A stretch of 63,998 nucleotides of DNA, filler included, from Reticulomyxa filosa (taxonomy: Eukaryota; Protista; Foraminifera), in assembly GCA_000512085.1 (NCBI GenBank). It is 21 parts of 21 records of this genome, joined end to end, with 100 filler letters (N's around TTAATTAATTAA, not from the genome) between each part and the next. Parts side by side here need not be neighbours in the genome. Positions count along the whole stretch, not along the records: positions 8,751 to 18,982 come from ASPP01026774.1; positions 19,083 to 21,057 come from ASPP01028611.1; positions 21,158 to 23,506 come from ASPP01002597.1; positions 23,607 to 26,829 come from ASPP01000220.1; 17 more parts are not named here. One strand, given 5' to 3'. The translations under genes were made by a program, and so were the position numbers. The notes under the pieces are model-generated. The model was not told the origin of the DNA and did no database searches. It saw nothing but the letters and a program-made list of their open reading frames with translations. Of this stretch, positions 11,801 through 25,704 are shown in pieces; within the stretch, counting starts at the first letter, position 1, and every line of letters begins with the position of its first letter.

Positions 11801-14800
11801 CCAAGTGGGGATGCCATGTCTCCACTGAAAAAACGGCGGAAGGTATACGTCGCCATCGACCCATCCATGTCACCCGAAGCGATTAATACGATGGCATCGC
11901 CCAAAATGATTCCGGACGGTCTTCCGAGTGCATTTACACCACCACATACTCCAAAATTGTTGGAGTTGCCACCAATGGAACACAAATGGTCCAATGATTT
12001 TCCTCCTTTGTTATGTGCTTGGCTGTTGCAAACGGTTGCACAAAGGCATCCACAAAGTCCGAAGACAAGTGGAGATACGATCAAGAAAACAGAATCGATC
12101 TCTAATGCGGTGGATTGGTCTTTGCCTTTGTTTCATGCCTTTTGGAACCATTGGCTTGTATTCATAGTAACAAAAGCGAACTGGTATCGTCGTAAAAACT
12201 CGGTCGCGGTCAATGCCAATGATATTGCATACGAAGAAACCTTGTTTGCTGAAATGAAGCTAATGCCAGTGCAACATGTAAACTTTTTCTTGCGATTATT
12301 AGAAAGTGGGGACAATTCATTACGAGTCCAGTTTATTCACGAAGGGATGTCCGTTTTGCATATGATGACCAAGATGTTGACAAAGGAAGATTGGCATGCT
12401 TTGCTTAACGACGATGGAAAAAGTGTTTTATTACTTCGCTTGCTAATGTTGATAATGTTCAAACAAATCAACGAATTGGAAACGATGAGCGATTTCACCA
12501 GAATAAAATTGAATCGAAGTCATTTTGCAGTACAAGAAATATCCAACGGTGATTTGCACCGCTTCTTTCCATCGCCTGGTTACATTAATAACGGTACAGG
12601 GAAAAAGATACGAGGAACTGCCTCTGTTTCGGCAGTTCCACCTTTAAGTGACGATGGAATTCGTCTATTCTCGCAACATCCAAATATGTCAATGGAACAA
12701 CTGACAACGAGTATTGGCGTGGTTTGTAAAAGTGTCAATGACCTTTTGAAAGAAAATATCTTCTGGTTATCCAAAAAAAATAACCGCAAACGAATGACCC
12801 GAACTGCGATTTGGAAAAAGCTGCTAATTGAATGTGGACAATTAATCTGCATTTTACCTGTTCCGTCCCAACACGAAAGTGCAATGTGGCCGTTTCATCA
12901 TCGGCTTTTTACTCCACAAGAGCCATTGCATATCATCACTTTATATAATGTCTTGATTCGAGCATTTTACCAGGGTTTGCAGGTTTTGATCTAATTATTA
13001 TTATTTTAAATGCTGTTTACATTTCTTCATTGCATTTTACACTCAAATTGTAATTTTTTGTTTAAAAAAAATGAAGGAAGAATGCCCACCAGATTTGTTG
13101 ATGTGGATGTACGAATGCATGAAGGCAATCCACGAATACCTGCAGAAACAATGGCAAGCACGCAAAAAATTTATTGAAAAAAGACGACAAATGTATCACC
13201 ACGTGAGTACAAAAGACTATCATCACCTATTCAAAGTACAAAAAACTGTTAAGGAAATGGAAACTAAACATATGGACGCTGAGCCTTCCATTACAAATCC
13301 AACAACGGAAGAGTTTGGACCAAAACCTTATTCAAAAGATGAAACGGCATTGACAAATCTCTTGAATGAAATGAACGATGTCAAAGAAAACTATTGGTGG
13401 TGCCATGTGATGATGGATTTATTGTTGTTGACTCTCTCTCACCAAATGATCCGTGATGGCATGGTTGTCCCCCTTACCGTGTCAATGGAAGAAAAATCCT
13501 TACCATCTACAACCAACAAACAATTGGTTTTGCAAAGTCAGCCTTGGTCCAACTTGAATGTCACTTTGGTTTATCCCGACATGTTTGCAGGATTAGTGGA
13601 AGAAATATCCAAATTGTATTTGCAATGGTTCCATGAATATCTGACAGAAGACACATATCGCAAAGTGTTTGAAAGCTATTTTCTTGCAATTAAATCAAGT
13701 GATGAAAAAAAACAATTCAATTTAAAGCACATTCGATTGGAAGAAATTGATGAATTTGTTCCGATTCAAATGCAACTTAGCCAATACCTTTTGGCCCAAT
13801 CACATTGGAAGTCAATTCACTATGACACCGGTGCCAACAACAAACATGATGAAAATGAAGAAAATAACAATTGGGAAGTGGATGACGAAGAAGAAGAAAT
13901 TGAAGAAAACGATTATTTTGATCATAATGATGATGACAATTATTACCAAGAGTATTATGATGAGGATCAAGAGTGGGAAGAATTTGGAGGCACTTCCAAT
14001 GACTGGAATTTTTATCTTCCAAAAGAAAAAAACGATTCACAGACGCAAAATCCAATGTGGGTTGCCCAAGCAATGAAATATCCGGAAATGTTGCATTGTG
14101 CGTTGTGGAGTCACTTGGCATACAGTCATGCGCAGTATTCTTCAAGTAGTCGTGCCGTGACTGGAAAATGGATAAATGGTGCAACGCAAAATGAAGCAAC
14201 AACATTGCGTGAAGAGGCAAAAGGACAAGCCAATTCGATCCATCCAGAAGAAGCACATTCCAAAAATGATGGAAATAGTGTAGATGTAATTCCTGAGTAT
14301 ATGCAAGAAAGTCAAGTTGGTTATTTGAGCGACAGTGATCAAAGCAGTAATGCTAGTCATAGGATGATTGAATATGGAATTGCTGAAATCTTCCTTGGCA
14401 AATGCAAAAGGGATCAAGAAATAAAAAATGAATTTTCTGTTCCAGAAATTCGTGGAGTGATGCAAAGTTTGAGTGGACTAATGTACCAACTGGTGCACCG
14501 ATATCCGCAAACATTTACTCAAGTGGAAATCGAAAAAGACTCTCATGAGAACAAAGCAGATCAACAAACATCCACAAACGAGTCCATTGAGATGAGTGAA
14601 AGAAACGACAAACAGTACAAATACTCAAGAAAATTGAAAGAAAATATTTGGCGAATGTTGGAACCAGCTGTTCACAACACGTACTTTGAAGATTTACGAC
14701 CTTCATTCACGGACGGATGGAAGCGGTTAGTGGGGATTATTCCACAAAAAGAGTGGTTGGAGGATGAGTTTAAAATCAATCGAAATTTTTCAGTGGTAAA

Positions 14801-17800
14801 GCATTCATTGAACGTACTGTGCCAACTTAGAAAGGGAATGGAATTTCACAAAGAAAGCAGAAAGGCCAGCTACGAAACATTCGACAATGCGTGGAATTTG
14901 ATGCCTGATGCTCGCGAATCCGATCTTGAAAAGCGTTTTTACAATGATTTGGACGAGGCTGCGCAAATTCCCATTTCAAATGAAACCGAAGCCGGAATGC
15001 TTATCGATGGTGTAGAGTTGGCCAAATGGCATAAATCCCTTGAAAATCACTGGAATTTACTTATGCGTCAAACATATGAATGCGTATTGCATGCATTATC
15101 ACATATTTCGGATGAAGAACTGTTGACATATTTGGTGATTAACAAGAAATTAGAACAAGAGCAGCAAATATTGGAATGGCCCAAATTACAGCAATTATGC
15201 GAATGTTTGTTTGACTTAGCTAATGAACGTGGTGAATATTTTTTCATTGCCAGGCTCATCAAGATATTGAACAATGATAAACTTCATGTCGGCAGACCTA
15301 AACAAAATGCGAATGATATCGATGACAATAAATATGAAAGTGGCAAGACAGGACAACGAACCGTTCAAGTACTTATAGAACAGCTGAGAGAGGAAATGCA
15401 AGAGTCCATTGGTCGTTTGGATAAAAGGCATCCTCGACGCATGTTAGAAAAGTGGGGCTCATTGTGGACGTCTTTGTCGAATGCGAATGAACAAAACATT
15501 AATCTTATGTTTGAAATCATCAACACTCATTTGGACTATTGCGCTGACCGAAGTACATCAACAAACTTTGTCCACGGTATACTCGAGCATTATGATAACT
15601 CAATACGCAAGGGTTATCTCCGAATTGACTTGCATGGTTCGAATGAGAAACTGATTCGTTGCATTGATATTGACATGCAATTGTTTTGGAGTAGTTGTTT
15701 GGTCGATAAAAACCCACAACTGTTCTTTCGAGTGATCAAAGAAGGATTGCACTATTTTGCATCGCACGAAGATTTGACTGTATTTTCTGCGCTACGAATT
15801 GGTCAATTATTGAGCATCGATATCGCGTCTTTGTTTCAAGAAATTGAAGACACCTCTTTGGATTATGCCAATAACAATGAACCGCTTGGAGATACCGTCG
15901 CACAGTTTTTGAACGAAACAGATCAAACAGCTACCAACGCTGCTCCCGGAGGTCTTTTAATTTTTTTTTTTTTGGAAAGAGCTGAATACCTAAAGCTATC
16001 CTTTTTTCCATGAATATAACTGTATTACCTTGTAATATATGTATGCAACAGTGACCCAATCATTGCAAAAAGAACAAGACTTGCAAAGCCGAGCTGCCAA
16101 CAATACGACAAGCAATGATACAACCGAGCAGAAGCGTCCGTTCGAAAAAATAGGATCTATTGCCAAATATGTGCTTGAATTGCTAAGCCCAGCCAAGACG
16201 ATCACCTCAGCTGCACTACCGCAGCCAGCAGGCAAAATGAACAATTCGGTGTCCGTGCGAAATCGTATGTACTGTACTTTCAGAGAATCGGGGAGAACAA
16301 TGCAAAAGCAACCATTATATCGATGCTACACATGTGATTCGCGGTCGAATATTGTTATTTGCTCGTTGTGCGCAAAGGAGTGCCACAGTGGTCCAATGCA
16401 TGATGCCGTTTTCTTGAAAGACGATTCTGGCTACTGTGACTGTGGAGCCAATGAAATGAGCCGAGGTCCAACTTGTCAATGCTTGCATGAACCATCTGAA
16501 ATACATTTTGTGCCACGAAACATTGAAACTGATTCCAAGTATAAACCACATCCAAGTTTAGTTGTATTTTTTTCTTTCTTTCACTGCTCACACTTTTTAC
16601 TTTTCCTCCAAATAACACTAAAAATTGAATTAATAAAATGAACAGATGAATTAGATAAGACAGCCATATACGCAGAGCTAGCCGAATTATTCGGAATGGT
16701 CTTAGATACGTTGGCAAAACAATCCAAATTGTGGTTAGACGAATGTATGGAGTCCTGGAAACTGTTTTATGAGAAGCCACACGAATTGAAAGTGCTGAAA
16801 CAAGGCCGTTTCCATAGCATACGTTATTCAGTTGACTCAACAACCGCGTTTCCTATTGCAATGAATGTTTTGGAAGTTTTTAAAAAATCTTATTTTGCAG
16901 TGGCAGAAAAAACAGCACTGAAAGTTTGGTGTTTCAACCTTTCTTCTCGCTTTCTCTTCTCTCTCGTAGTACCCAATGAAATGGCCAATATAATATATAT
17001 GCATCAATAAATACAGATCTTCTCCACAGAATGCCTTCATTCCAGCGGAATCGATATTAAAAGTGTAAAACCAAAGCTGCAAGAGGATTTCCATTTCCCA
17101 ATTCGTGGCATGGTGAAAAATCCAAATGACGAAACCTTTTTGTGTGTTTATGGCCATCACGGTTGTCAAATTTTGGAACTGTCCTTTTTAAAACAAAACC
17201 AATGTTAAATTTTTGTAATATACTTTTTTGTTGATTCGAAAGGATCACTCAAAGTAGAGACAATTACGTGAAAACTAAAACAAATAACACAAATAGTACC
17301 TTCCAAATGCTATCGACAACAATTGGAATTGGGATTGGAGGTATTGGAGGCTCAATTTGGACCATTGACTATTATCAAAGTTGAATGGCTGCCCCATGTG
17401 AATAGTCAATTGATGGTGACAACCAACCGATTTGTGAAAGTTTAGAAATTCTCCTAACAAACAGACAAACAAAAATAATGGTTTTCATTTGAATGATATA
17501 TAGATTTACGACTTATCGACATCAGGAGGTTTGTACTCGCCTCATTTGTGTTTAAATGTTCCATCAGAACCTTATCGGGGAAATTCATGTTATTCGATTG
17601 AAATAAGCGACTCTACTTACTGTTGGAGCCGCCAATACGATCAATTGACCATCTTGATCATCACCACAGATGGCATTGTATACTATCAAAATGATTGCAA
17701 TGTGTTGTGCGAAAGCATTGAATTTGAAAATATTTTGAACCAACAGTTACCAGAACGAATTGTGAATTCAATTACCGAACTCAATCCTGGTACTTTATCT

Positions 17801-18930
17801 CACAGTGCAACCGATCCCTCCCCAAACGTAGAACACTCGGGCCGAACCAAACATACATCTGTAAATTACAACTCGTATGGAGGCGCGGTGCCATTCAAGT
17901 CCAATTCATTATCTTCATCAACGTCCAAAAAGCGAGCTCAACGACATGGCTCTATATTTTTTTCGCATGCCTGTGATCGTTTATTCATTTCCTTTCCTTA
18001 CTGGTACTTTATCACTAACAAAAAAAACAACATGTTTTCAGATATGAGATTCCAAAAGTAAAAGACAAAGAATCAAACAACCAAACAAAATTTTAATATA
18101 TAGTGGAAGTCGAAAAACCTGGGCATTGGAATTTGACGATGTGCAATTCAAAAAAATTGTGCACTTCGAGCAGTTGTCGTTGAAAGATACAAATCCTTCA
18201 AGCTATGTCACTCCAACATTCTTCCGTTGGGCAGATATGCCAGCAGAACGTGACTCTTGGCCAACCGTAATGGTGGGTCCCTATTATCATACCAGTGCTA
18301 CCGCATCACGAGGTGGTGGATGCTACGTTATCCAATTGGTTAACGGAAAATGCCATTTGCAGCAGGCAACAACTGTAGGTGAAGGAAGAATTTTTGGAAT
18401 GGCTCCATTTGCGCGAATCCCTCCGTACTTGCAACGTGGAGGTATATGTTTTTTTTTAAAGGAGACGCATCAAAGAGCAAACAATTGTTTTGTGTGTATT
18501 TGCGCCAAATTAGCAATGGGTCTGCTAGTTGAAGATGGGAGTATGGTACTGCTGTCGTTATTTGGAACCAGCACTATTAAAGATTATCATTACCATTTTG
18601 AGGTATTACAAAATATCACTTTTTTACTTTTTGGAAATTAAAGAGGGGTTAAACAAAAAAACATATCGTGAAATTTAAAAAAAATTATAGGACAATACCA
18701 GTGGTTTGTTAGAAAATTGGTTAAAGAAACAACCTCTCAAATGGCTGAAGCAAGTGTCCAGCGGCCACTCTTTGAAAGATCAAAACGAAGGCAATATAAC
18801 CATGTTAGAACATTGCCAAGAACTTGAAATTTTTGCAGTGCGCGCCAGTGGGACAGTGCATCTTTCTGGCGAATCCACCAAACTTGCAACCGTGTATACG
18901 TGTGGTGAGGACTTTGAATCGACTTCTAGG
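8864..18930 (+). CDS. UBR4: UBR4/p600/BIG-like giant N-recognin E3 ubiquitin ligase; multi-exon, partial at both ends
   Basis: UBR-box zinc finger CTF..QKQPLYRCYTC..ICSLCAKECH..H..GYCDCG..CQCL at ~16270-16490. It is followed by UBR4-like propeller segments NPNDETFLCVYG (~17120) and IIKVEWLPHVNSQLMVTTNRFVK|IYDLS (17370-17520). All long exons across this ~10-kb contig are on the + strand. Confidence 0.8.
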
Positions 18931-21334
18931 TAGGTTCTTTTGTTTTTTTTTTTTTCAAATTGAGAGCGCACTACTCACACGCNNNNNNNNNNNNNNNNNN
19001 NNNNNNNNNNNNNNNNNNNNNNNNNNTTAATTAATTAANNNNNNNNNNNNNNNNNNNNNNNNNNNNNNNNNNNNNNNNNNNNCATTCAATTTTTTAATTT
19101 AAACAAATATGTTGATAGTTGTCAAATTATTTCATTGAATGATTGGAAGTGTTTTCTTTTTTTTTTTACATAAACACAAATGAGCTTGGCTTTTGTTTGC
19201 GCCAAATAAAGAGCAAATCAGCTTGTAATCTCTGACACGTACAACACGGCAACTTTTTATTAACTGCTCTATATTAGTATCTATGGAAAAGCAAGAGTTG
19301 GAAAAAGCGTATAAATGATAGTGAGAATATTAAATGAACTCATGCTAACCAACAACAAATCTTTTTTTTTAAATGAAAAAAATGAGATTATCCCCAAATA
19401 TGAATTGAGCCATAGCACAAATTAATACCACAACTACTGTCATTGATTTGTATTGTTCATTTTTAACTGTAGGAATTTAAGATATGTTATTTCTATTATT
19501 TTTTAAAATAATCTTCTTTAATCAAATATATTCTTCTTATTTACTGGACATTTTTATTTGGATTGTCATTACTCAATTGCAAATAACAAACGTTTTTGAT
19601 TCCATTTGATTGATAAGGCAGAACAATTTCCTATGTTTTAATCCTTCATTAAATATCATTAAAAGCAATAGCATATCCGTTCAAAGTTGACTTTTTATTC
19701 AATTTCATTGAAATTGTCTCAATTAACCTTGCAGATGATCAATAAAAGTCTTTATCTTCAATGATATCTTTATCTCGATATGCTTCAATCCTTCCTATGC
19801 AAGACAAGACAAACAATCAAACATATTAAACATTGGAACAACTTGTAGTATTTGCAATTTCATCAAATCTGTCCATTCTTTGCATTTACAACAAGTTCTA
19901 CATCTACCTCTTTTGTTTCTTTTCTACCACCAGAATGTCTGATTTTTTTTTTATCAAATATGGATGATCTTTTATTTTTTGCTTTGAATAAACAAATCTT
20001 TTTGAGTATCTTCTGTGGCATTCAAATTGTTAACTTTACATACTTTTTTTTTGAATAGATTGAGAAGGTTGAAACACGTAAGATGCAACTACTCATGTTT
20101 TGCACAAGACCAATGTTACTTTATCACATCAAATTAGAAAGGTTAACTGAAACAAATCATGGACAAACCTAAAAGGTGGGTCCCATGGTCAACCTCCTTT
20201 TCAATACAGTTTATAATTTATATACGTGGAGGCTGGAGAGGCTTAGAAAAGGGTTTGCATATGCATGCATATACTTACTTTGGATAAACAAAATTAAAAT
20301 CTTGAAATATGCAATGAACAAATTACACAAATGAATGTAAGCATTGATGATGATAAATGCATTTAATACCCCCAAATTTAATATATTTAAATCTAAAAAG
20401 GCGATTCCATTAATGATGTGAAAGGATTAATGCCACAGTTAAAAATACTCAAAATTTAATACTATTTATTGAATAATGTACACATATAACTGGAAATAAG
20501 TGCTCGAAGTTACTGAATCATGAGATTTTTCTTGTGTCATCTTTCTCATGCAATATACTGTTTTCTTTCTGCACTTAAGCAAAATAATTTTTTTAAGCTG
20601 ATCTTGCTCTGTTTTTGGAAAACAATACAAGAAAATATTATTTCAATGTTCCAAATATTTCTATATACATTAAAAACATTCTGCACTTTTCAAAATAGTC
20701 TTAATCATGCCATTGTGTTATACAATTTTTATTATTATCCTTTTAATTCTTTAACATTTTTTAAACAACAAAGCAAAGTAAAACAAATCTTGCATTCAAT
20801 CAAATGAAACAATTTTGATATCACCTTAGTTTTCTTTAACCAAACGTTTCAAACAAAAACACTTTCATTTTTTATTCGATAAAAACTAAATTATCCCCAA
20901 ATACGAATGAAACCATTGCATGAACAATAACATAAATTCAAATCATATGTAATATTTTTTGTCTTGTCTTTCTTTTTCAATGCAATAAATTTAAGATATA
21001 ATACTCCATCATCTTCTTTCTCATCTACTTTGATTATAAACAATTCATTCTTATTTGNNNNNNNNNNNNNNNNNNNNNNNNNNNNNNNNNNNNNNNNNNN
21101 NTTAATTAATTAANNNNNNNNNNNNNNNNNNNNNNNNNNNNNNNNNNNNNNNNNNNNTTTTTTTTTTTGTGTAAATGATGAAAAAGTAGTGCTAAGGGGG
21201 AACAACGTATACAATAACCTGTCAAAAACACACTTTTTTTGGGGGGGGGGAGAGACACGTTATTTTATAAGAACACTTTGGATTGAAACTGTTTATGGGT
21301 TTTAGATTGTCAGATGCTGTTAGCAAAGGTGAAA

Positions 21335-21836
21335 ATTTTAAGTCGGCGTGGAACTACAACGAATGGAACGACAATGCAGATGATGGAGTAAATGATTGAA
21401 AAATTGCAAGTGAATAATTGTATTGAAATAGCTGCAAGGACGAACAGGTTTATTTTAATAAAATTTATCATTTATAATTTATAATTTTATTTTGTTTTTT
21501 TCAATGAATAAATCACATAATACATGTATACTTATATGTATACATATGAAAGGAACTGTTCATTATATTTCACAAAATGGAATCAATAACAATGAAAGCA
21601 TTGGAATTGAGTTGAATAAATCACTTGCTCAAGGCCATGATGGCAAATACAATTTTTTCGACAAGACATGGCTATGGACTGTTTGTAACGATGAAAGACA
21701 TTTACAAAGTGTTCCCGCAATTTTTCGGTCATTGCCACGGACGACTCAGGTGAGCGGAGCCTCTCATCAGAGCGAGAGTTGGACACGTGGGATCTCAATG
21801 CCAATGACGGAACATTCAATGGACAAACCAAAATGA
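21335..21836 (+). pseudogene. Decayed multi-CAP-Gly gene
   Basis: Three frameshifted CAP-Gly-like pieces: VGVELQ/EWNDNADDGV (~21342), KGTVHYISQNG..ESIGIELNKSLAQGHDGK (~21550-21650) and ELDTWDLNANDGTFNGQTK (~21776-21832). Confidence 0.6.
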
Positions 21837-22027
21837 GCAGGTTTATTGTTTGATTTTAATGAGAGTTTCCGCATTTGTTATGCAAGCCTTTTGGTGTGCA
21901 ATAAGTTGATTTTGATAATATTACATTGACTGATTTATTGGTCAATGTAATTGTTGCAGACTGAGGATTTGCTCATGTTGCTGTGTTGAATTTGTGATTG
22001 CTCTAAGCTGGCTGTCTGCTTAATGAT

Positions 22028-22528
22028 TTAGATAATTTCGGAGAGCTTTGCAAAATACCCGCGATTGTCGGCGGCGGTAAAAAGACCCTTGCCATTGTGT
22101 CCGCTGGGATTCCATGAGTCCATTTCGATACCAATCATTTCGAGTTCGTCACCCACAGGGCCAATGTACTTTACCTTACCGGTTCGTCCTCGCATCAATC
22201 TCACATGATCGTCGACTTTTAGATGTTTCAGCAATTCCTGTTGCAATGGTGTCTGATATTTGCCCAAGTTTTGCTTCACGTCGGCCAGTTTGATTGATTT
22301 GAGTTTTTTCTCTTTGGTCAATGTGACAATAAGAATTTCCTTACCCGTTTGCTGATAATTCCTTCTTCGCCCGAATGTAACAAACGTGATCTCCTGCTGT
22401 TTCTTCTTCTTTTTGAATAATGACTCTGTCAGATTTGGACGACAGCACTCGCAGCGCTGGTTGTTGTCGAGCGAACGCACATTGTTAATATTTAATTTTG
22501 TATTTATTTTTGTATCTTTTATTTGCAT
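22028..22528 (-). CDS. CAP-Gly domain protein (last exon; true start uncertain)
   Basis: LKVDDHVRLMRGRTGKVKYIGPVGDELEMIGIEMDSWNPSGHNGKGLFTAADNRGYFAKLSEI matches the CAP-Gly pattern, with GHNG in place of GKNDG. Confidence 0.75.
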   Translation of the reverse strand: MQIKDTKINTKLNINNVRSLDNNQRCECCRPNLTESLFKKKKKQQEITFVTFGRRRNYQQTGKEILIVTLTKEKKLKSIKLADVKQNLGKYQTPLQQELLKHLKVDDHVRLMRGRTGKVKYIGPVGDELEMIGIEMDSWNPSGHNGKGLFTAADNRGYFAKLSEII

Positions 22529-24392
22529 GTTTTACAATGCGTTAGTTATATTTTTATTTGTTCATTTTACTTTGTCTTAAAATAGTAATTGCAATATTTT
22601 GTAATAATATACTGTAGAAATTACAAATAATCAAAAGGATTATTACAATAACGTTTTATTGATAAATAAAACATCAATTTTTGTTTTTAATATTTTTTTT
22701 TTTCAAAACTTATAAATATACTGTTTCATTTTTTTTATAATGGTTTGTAATTGTACGTTATTATGTTGTTTTGTATTTACTTTTTGATGAAAGAGAAAAA
22801 GATGAATGTTTTGAATTCGAAATAACATATTCACCATGCGCACAACTTGCGATTACTTTTTAAGTTAGTAAAAGCTAGCTGCATAGCATTTAAAGCGCTT
22901 TTTTTAAGAATTTGTAATAAAAGATGACAAAAACTGTATTAGAAGATTATTACTTACGAATAAAAGCAAGTCACTTTTTTTTTGTTTATATCACCGAAAG
23001 ATTGCAATGACACACAGATAATATGCAATAAAATAATGTAATGCAATTTAATTCAATTCCAAAATAACAAAAAAAAAAAATCAACACAAAAGTGGAACGG
23101 ATTAAGTAGGTTTGAAATTCTCTTTTTCGAAGCGAAGTAGTTTTTTGGTGGAATGTTTAATTTTTTGATGTAGTCTATTGGAAGTGGCGAGCGTGGAGGA
23201 CGAAGAAGTATTTTTGGGCCGGAATTGATCTCGACCACGATGTCCCATATTTTCGCCTATGGCCTTGGTCAAATTTGATTATCTCAGTGCTTTTCAACTT
23301 ATTTTTCTGTCGTATCACACGCTATTTTTTAATGGTAAAGACATCCTTCATATTATTCAATTGACCTCATCGAAACAGCTGAACACGTTGCGCACTTCTT
23401 GGTCGCTTCACGGTAATGGCATGTTCCATATGCCAAGGTTTTTGCAGATGTTTAGCACCACGTGCTGCTGCTGTGCTGTCAAGTTCTCCAATGCTGCCAA
23501 ACGATANNNNNNNNNNNNNNNNNNNNNNNNNNNNNNNNNNNNNNNNNNNNTTAATTAATTAANNNNNNNNNNNNNNNNNNNNNNNNNNNNNNNNNNNNNN
23601 NNNNNNGAACTGATGAATCCCTAGTAGGCTAAACTTCCTCAGCCAACTACTTCTTACTTCCTTGCTTTTCTTACTTTCCTTTTTGTCATTTTGATTTATT
23701 ATTTAATTTACTTTGTTTTACCGAAAGTCACTCTCATTCGAGTAAAACCTTTTCGTATTACATTTAGTGTAGCTCTTCACAGTAGACTCCCCACACGTTA
23801 AAAAAGAGGACTCCATTGACAGAAAGTAACTCGCCTTGCCTTCTCAAAGAGATAGAAATTTCGGTTTTTTTTACAAAAGGAAAAACTAACAGTCCAAAAA
23901 AAAACTTTTAATTTCCACAATAATAGTAAAAATTTTGAAAAAAAACAATAATCCCGAAATCCAATAAAGAAATAGTCAGTATGTTTATCAAAAATGTATA
24001 ACGACAAATTGTGATTGATTGAAGTGTTTCTTAAAAAGGGTCCAGTTCCATTTTTTTATTTTTTTATCTGGCATCATTCACCCCGTTTCCTGTTTGCAAA
24101 GTTTAGAGCAATAATTTTTTAATCACCACATTGAAAGACAAGTCTCTTGCATAAAAGCAGTTGAAAGTGTTCAAAGTAAAAAAAAAATAATTTATTTTCA
24201 CTTAATGTAGATTACAACGACTGCATTACAAAAATTAGTACAAGTGTGAGCTCATATTTAAATTACAAAAAGGTCAAATCTTTGTTCATCAAGAATAATG
24301 GACAAACAAAGACCAACTTGCATGAAAAATAAAACAAATCATCTAGCAATTCACATAAAAAAAGATATTTAGACAGTCATTTGGTCCTTAGT

Positions 24393-25295
24393 TTATGCAA
24401 TGTTACCACAAGCAGGTGATGTGCCATTGTATACTGCACACACACAGCCCAGCAAGTCTTTGAAGCAAGCTTCCTATAAAACGATTAGCAATGCAAAAAA
24501 AAAGACTTTGTCTAGTAATCGAAACTTCTTTCATTTCAGAAGATTAAAAGTTGTACCTGTTCTTGTGGAGAATGCTCATCATTTAAGGTGATCCATGGAA
24601 CAGACTATACACAAACAAACAAGCAAAAAGTTTGGAGTCAATGGCATGAGATCACTCCTCTGTTGACGCTATGTTTTTGCACGCTCTAAAATTTTTTATG
24701 GAGTTATTTATATATATATGTGCATATATATAATATAAACAGGATATACAACCATAACTGATAACGAAGGTGATAATTGCTGAGTAAGCTGTGCTTGATA
24801 CAAAACAGCATCGTCTCCTTGGGTCGAATCAACGCATGCGCTGATAGCATCCCAGTCCATATCCAAGTCATTGGCGACAGTTTGGGCGTATGGAGTGGGA
24901 TCACAACAAGTGGCTTCATCGTAGCAACCAATTGCATTTAACTTAATTTCTAAGTTCATAATGAATGGAATATATGCCGCTGCATTGTACTGCTCTAAAT
25001 CGATCACACACGATTCGATTCGTTGGCCCAAACATTCATTTGGTCCGTGCTGACATGTGTACATATAAGTTCCTCCATTCGATTCGTTGTATTGCTCAAA
25101 ACCGTAGGGAACCATTTCTATGCTGGCAATGTCCGTAAATCCTGGAGTGTTGTACGCGGGAGTAAATGATTCCACAATAAAGTCTTGTGAATCAGGGCAA
25201 CAACTTTCGAAATATATCCCCACTGCTACTTTTGTTGGTTCACCCAAAGCTAAATTCAATAACAATGCTGAAAAGACGAAATAATAGGCTTTCAT
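24393..25295 (-). CDS. GILT-family lysosomal thiol reductase, complete 3-exon gene
   Basis: Signal peptide MKAYYFVFSALLLNLALG; active site YFESCCPDS; signature CQHGPNECLGQRIESC. Exon 2 (~24557-24607) reads SVPWITLNDEHSPQEQ and exon 3 reads EACFKDLLGCVCAVYNGTSPACGNIA* with the stop at 24393. Confidence 0.92.
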
Positions 25296-25704
25296 ATTCA
25301 ATTGAGAAGACTTGAACTAAACAACAATATCCTGAACAAAACCTGACGAGCCCCTCGTTGTACTTTTTCTTGCGAACTGAATCCGATAATTCGAATAAAT
25401 AAAATTAAATTTAACTCTTCTCTAAGAAAAAAACAAATGTATTTTCTGCCAACTCATTTTTTTTAAGAACCAGTTTGGGTATGAGTAGACAAGACATATT
25501 ACGAGTCCACAATCGCTAACAGAGAACTTTAAATAGAACAATTTACACAAAACGAAATATTATTTTCCAACAAAGGAAAGTGGAGTGTTGGAAGCATTTT
25601 TTTGGGATGAAAAAAGGAAAGGAAATACAAGTCTATTTGTTTTCAATGGGTTTGTATTGACTAAAGATATCTCCATTGAATCAAGTGTGGAGTCTTGTTT
25701 GACC

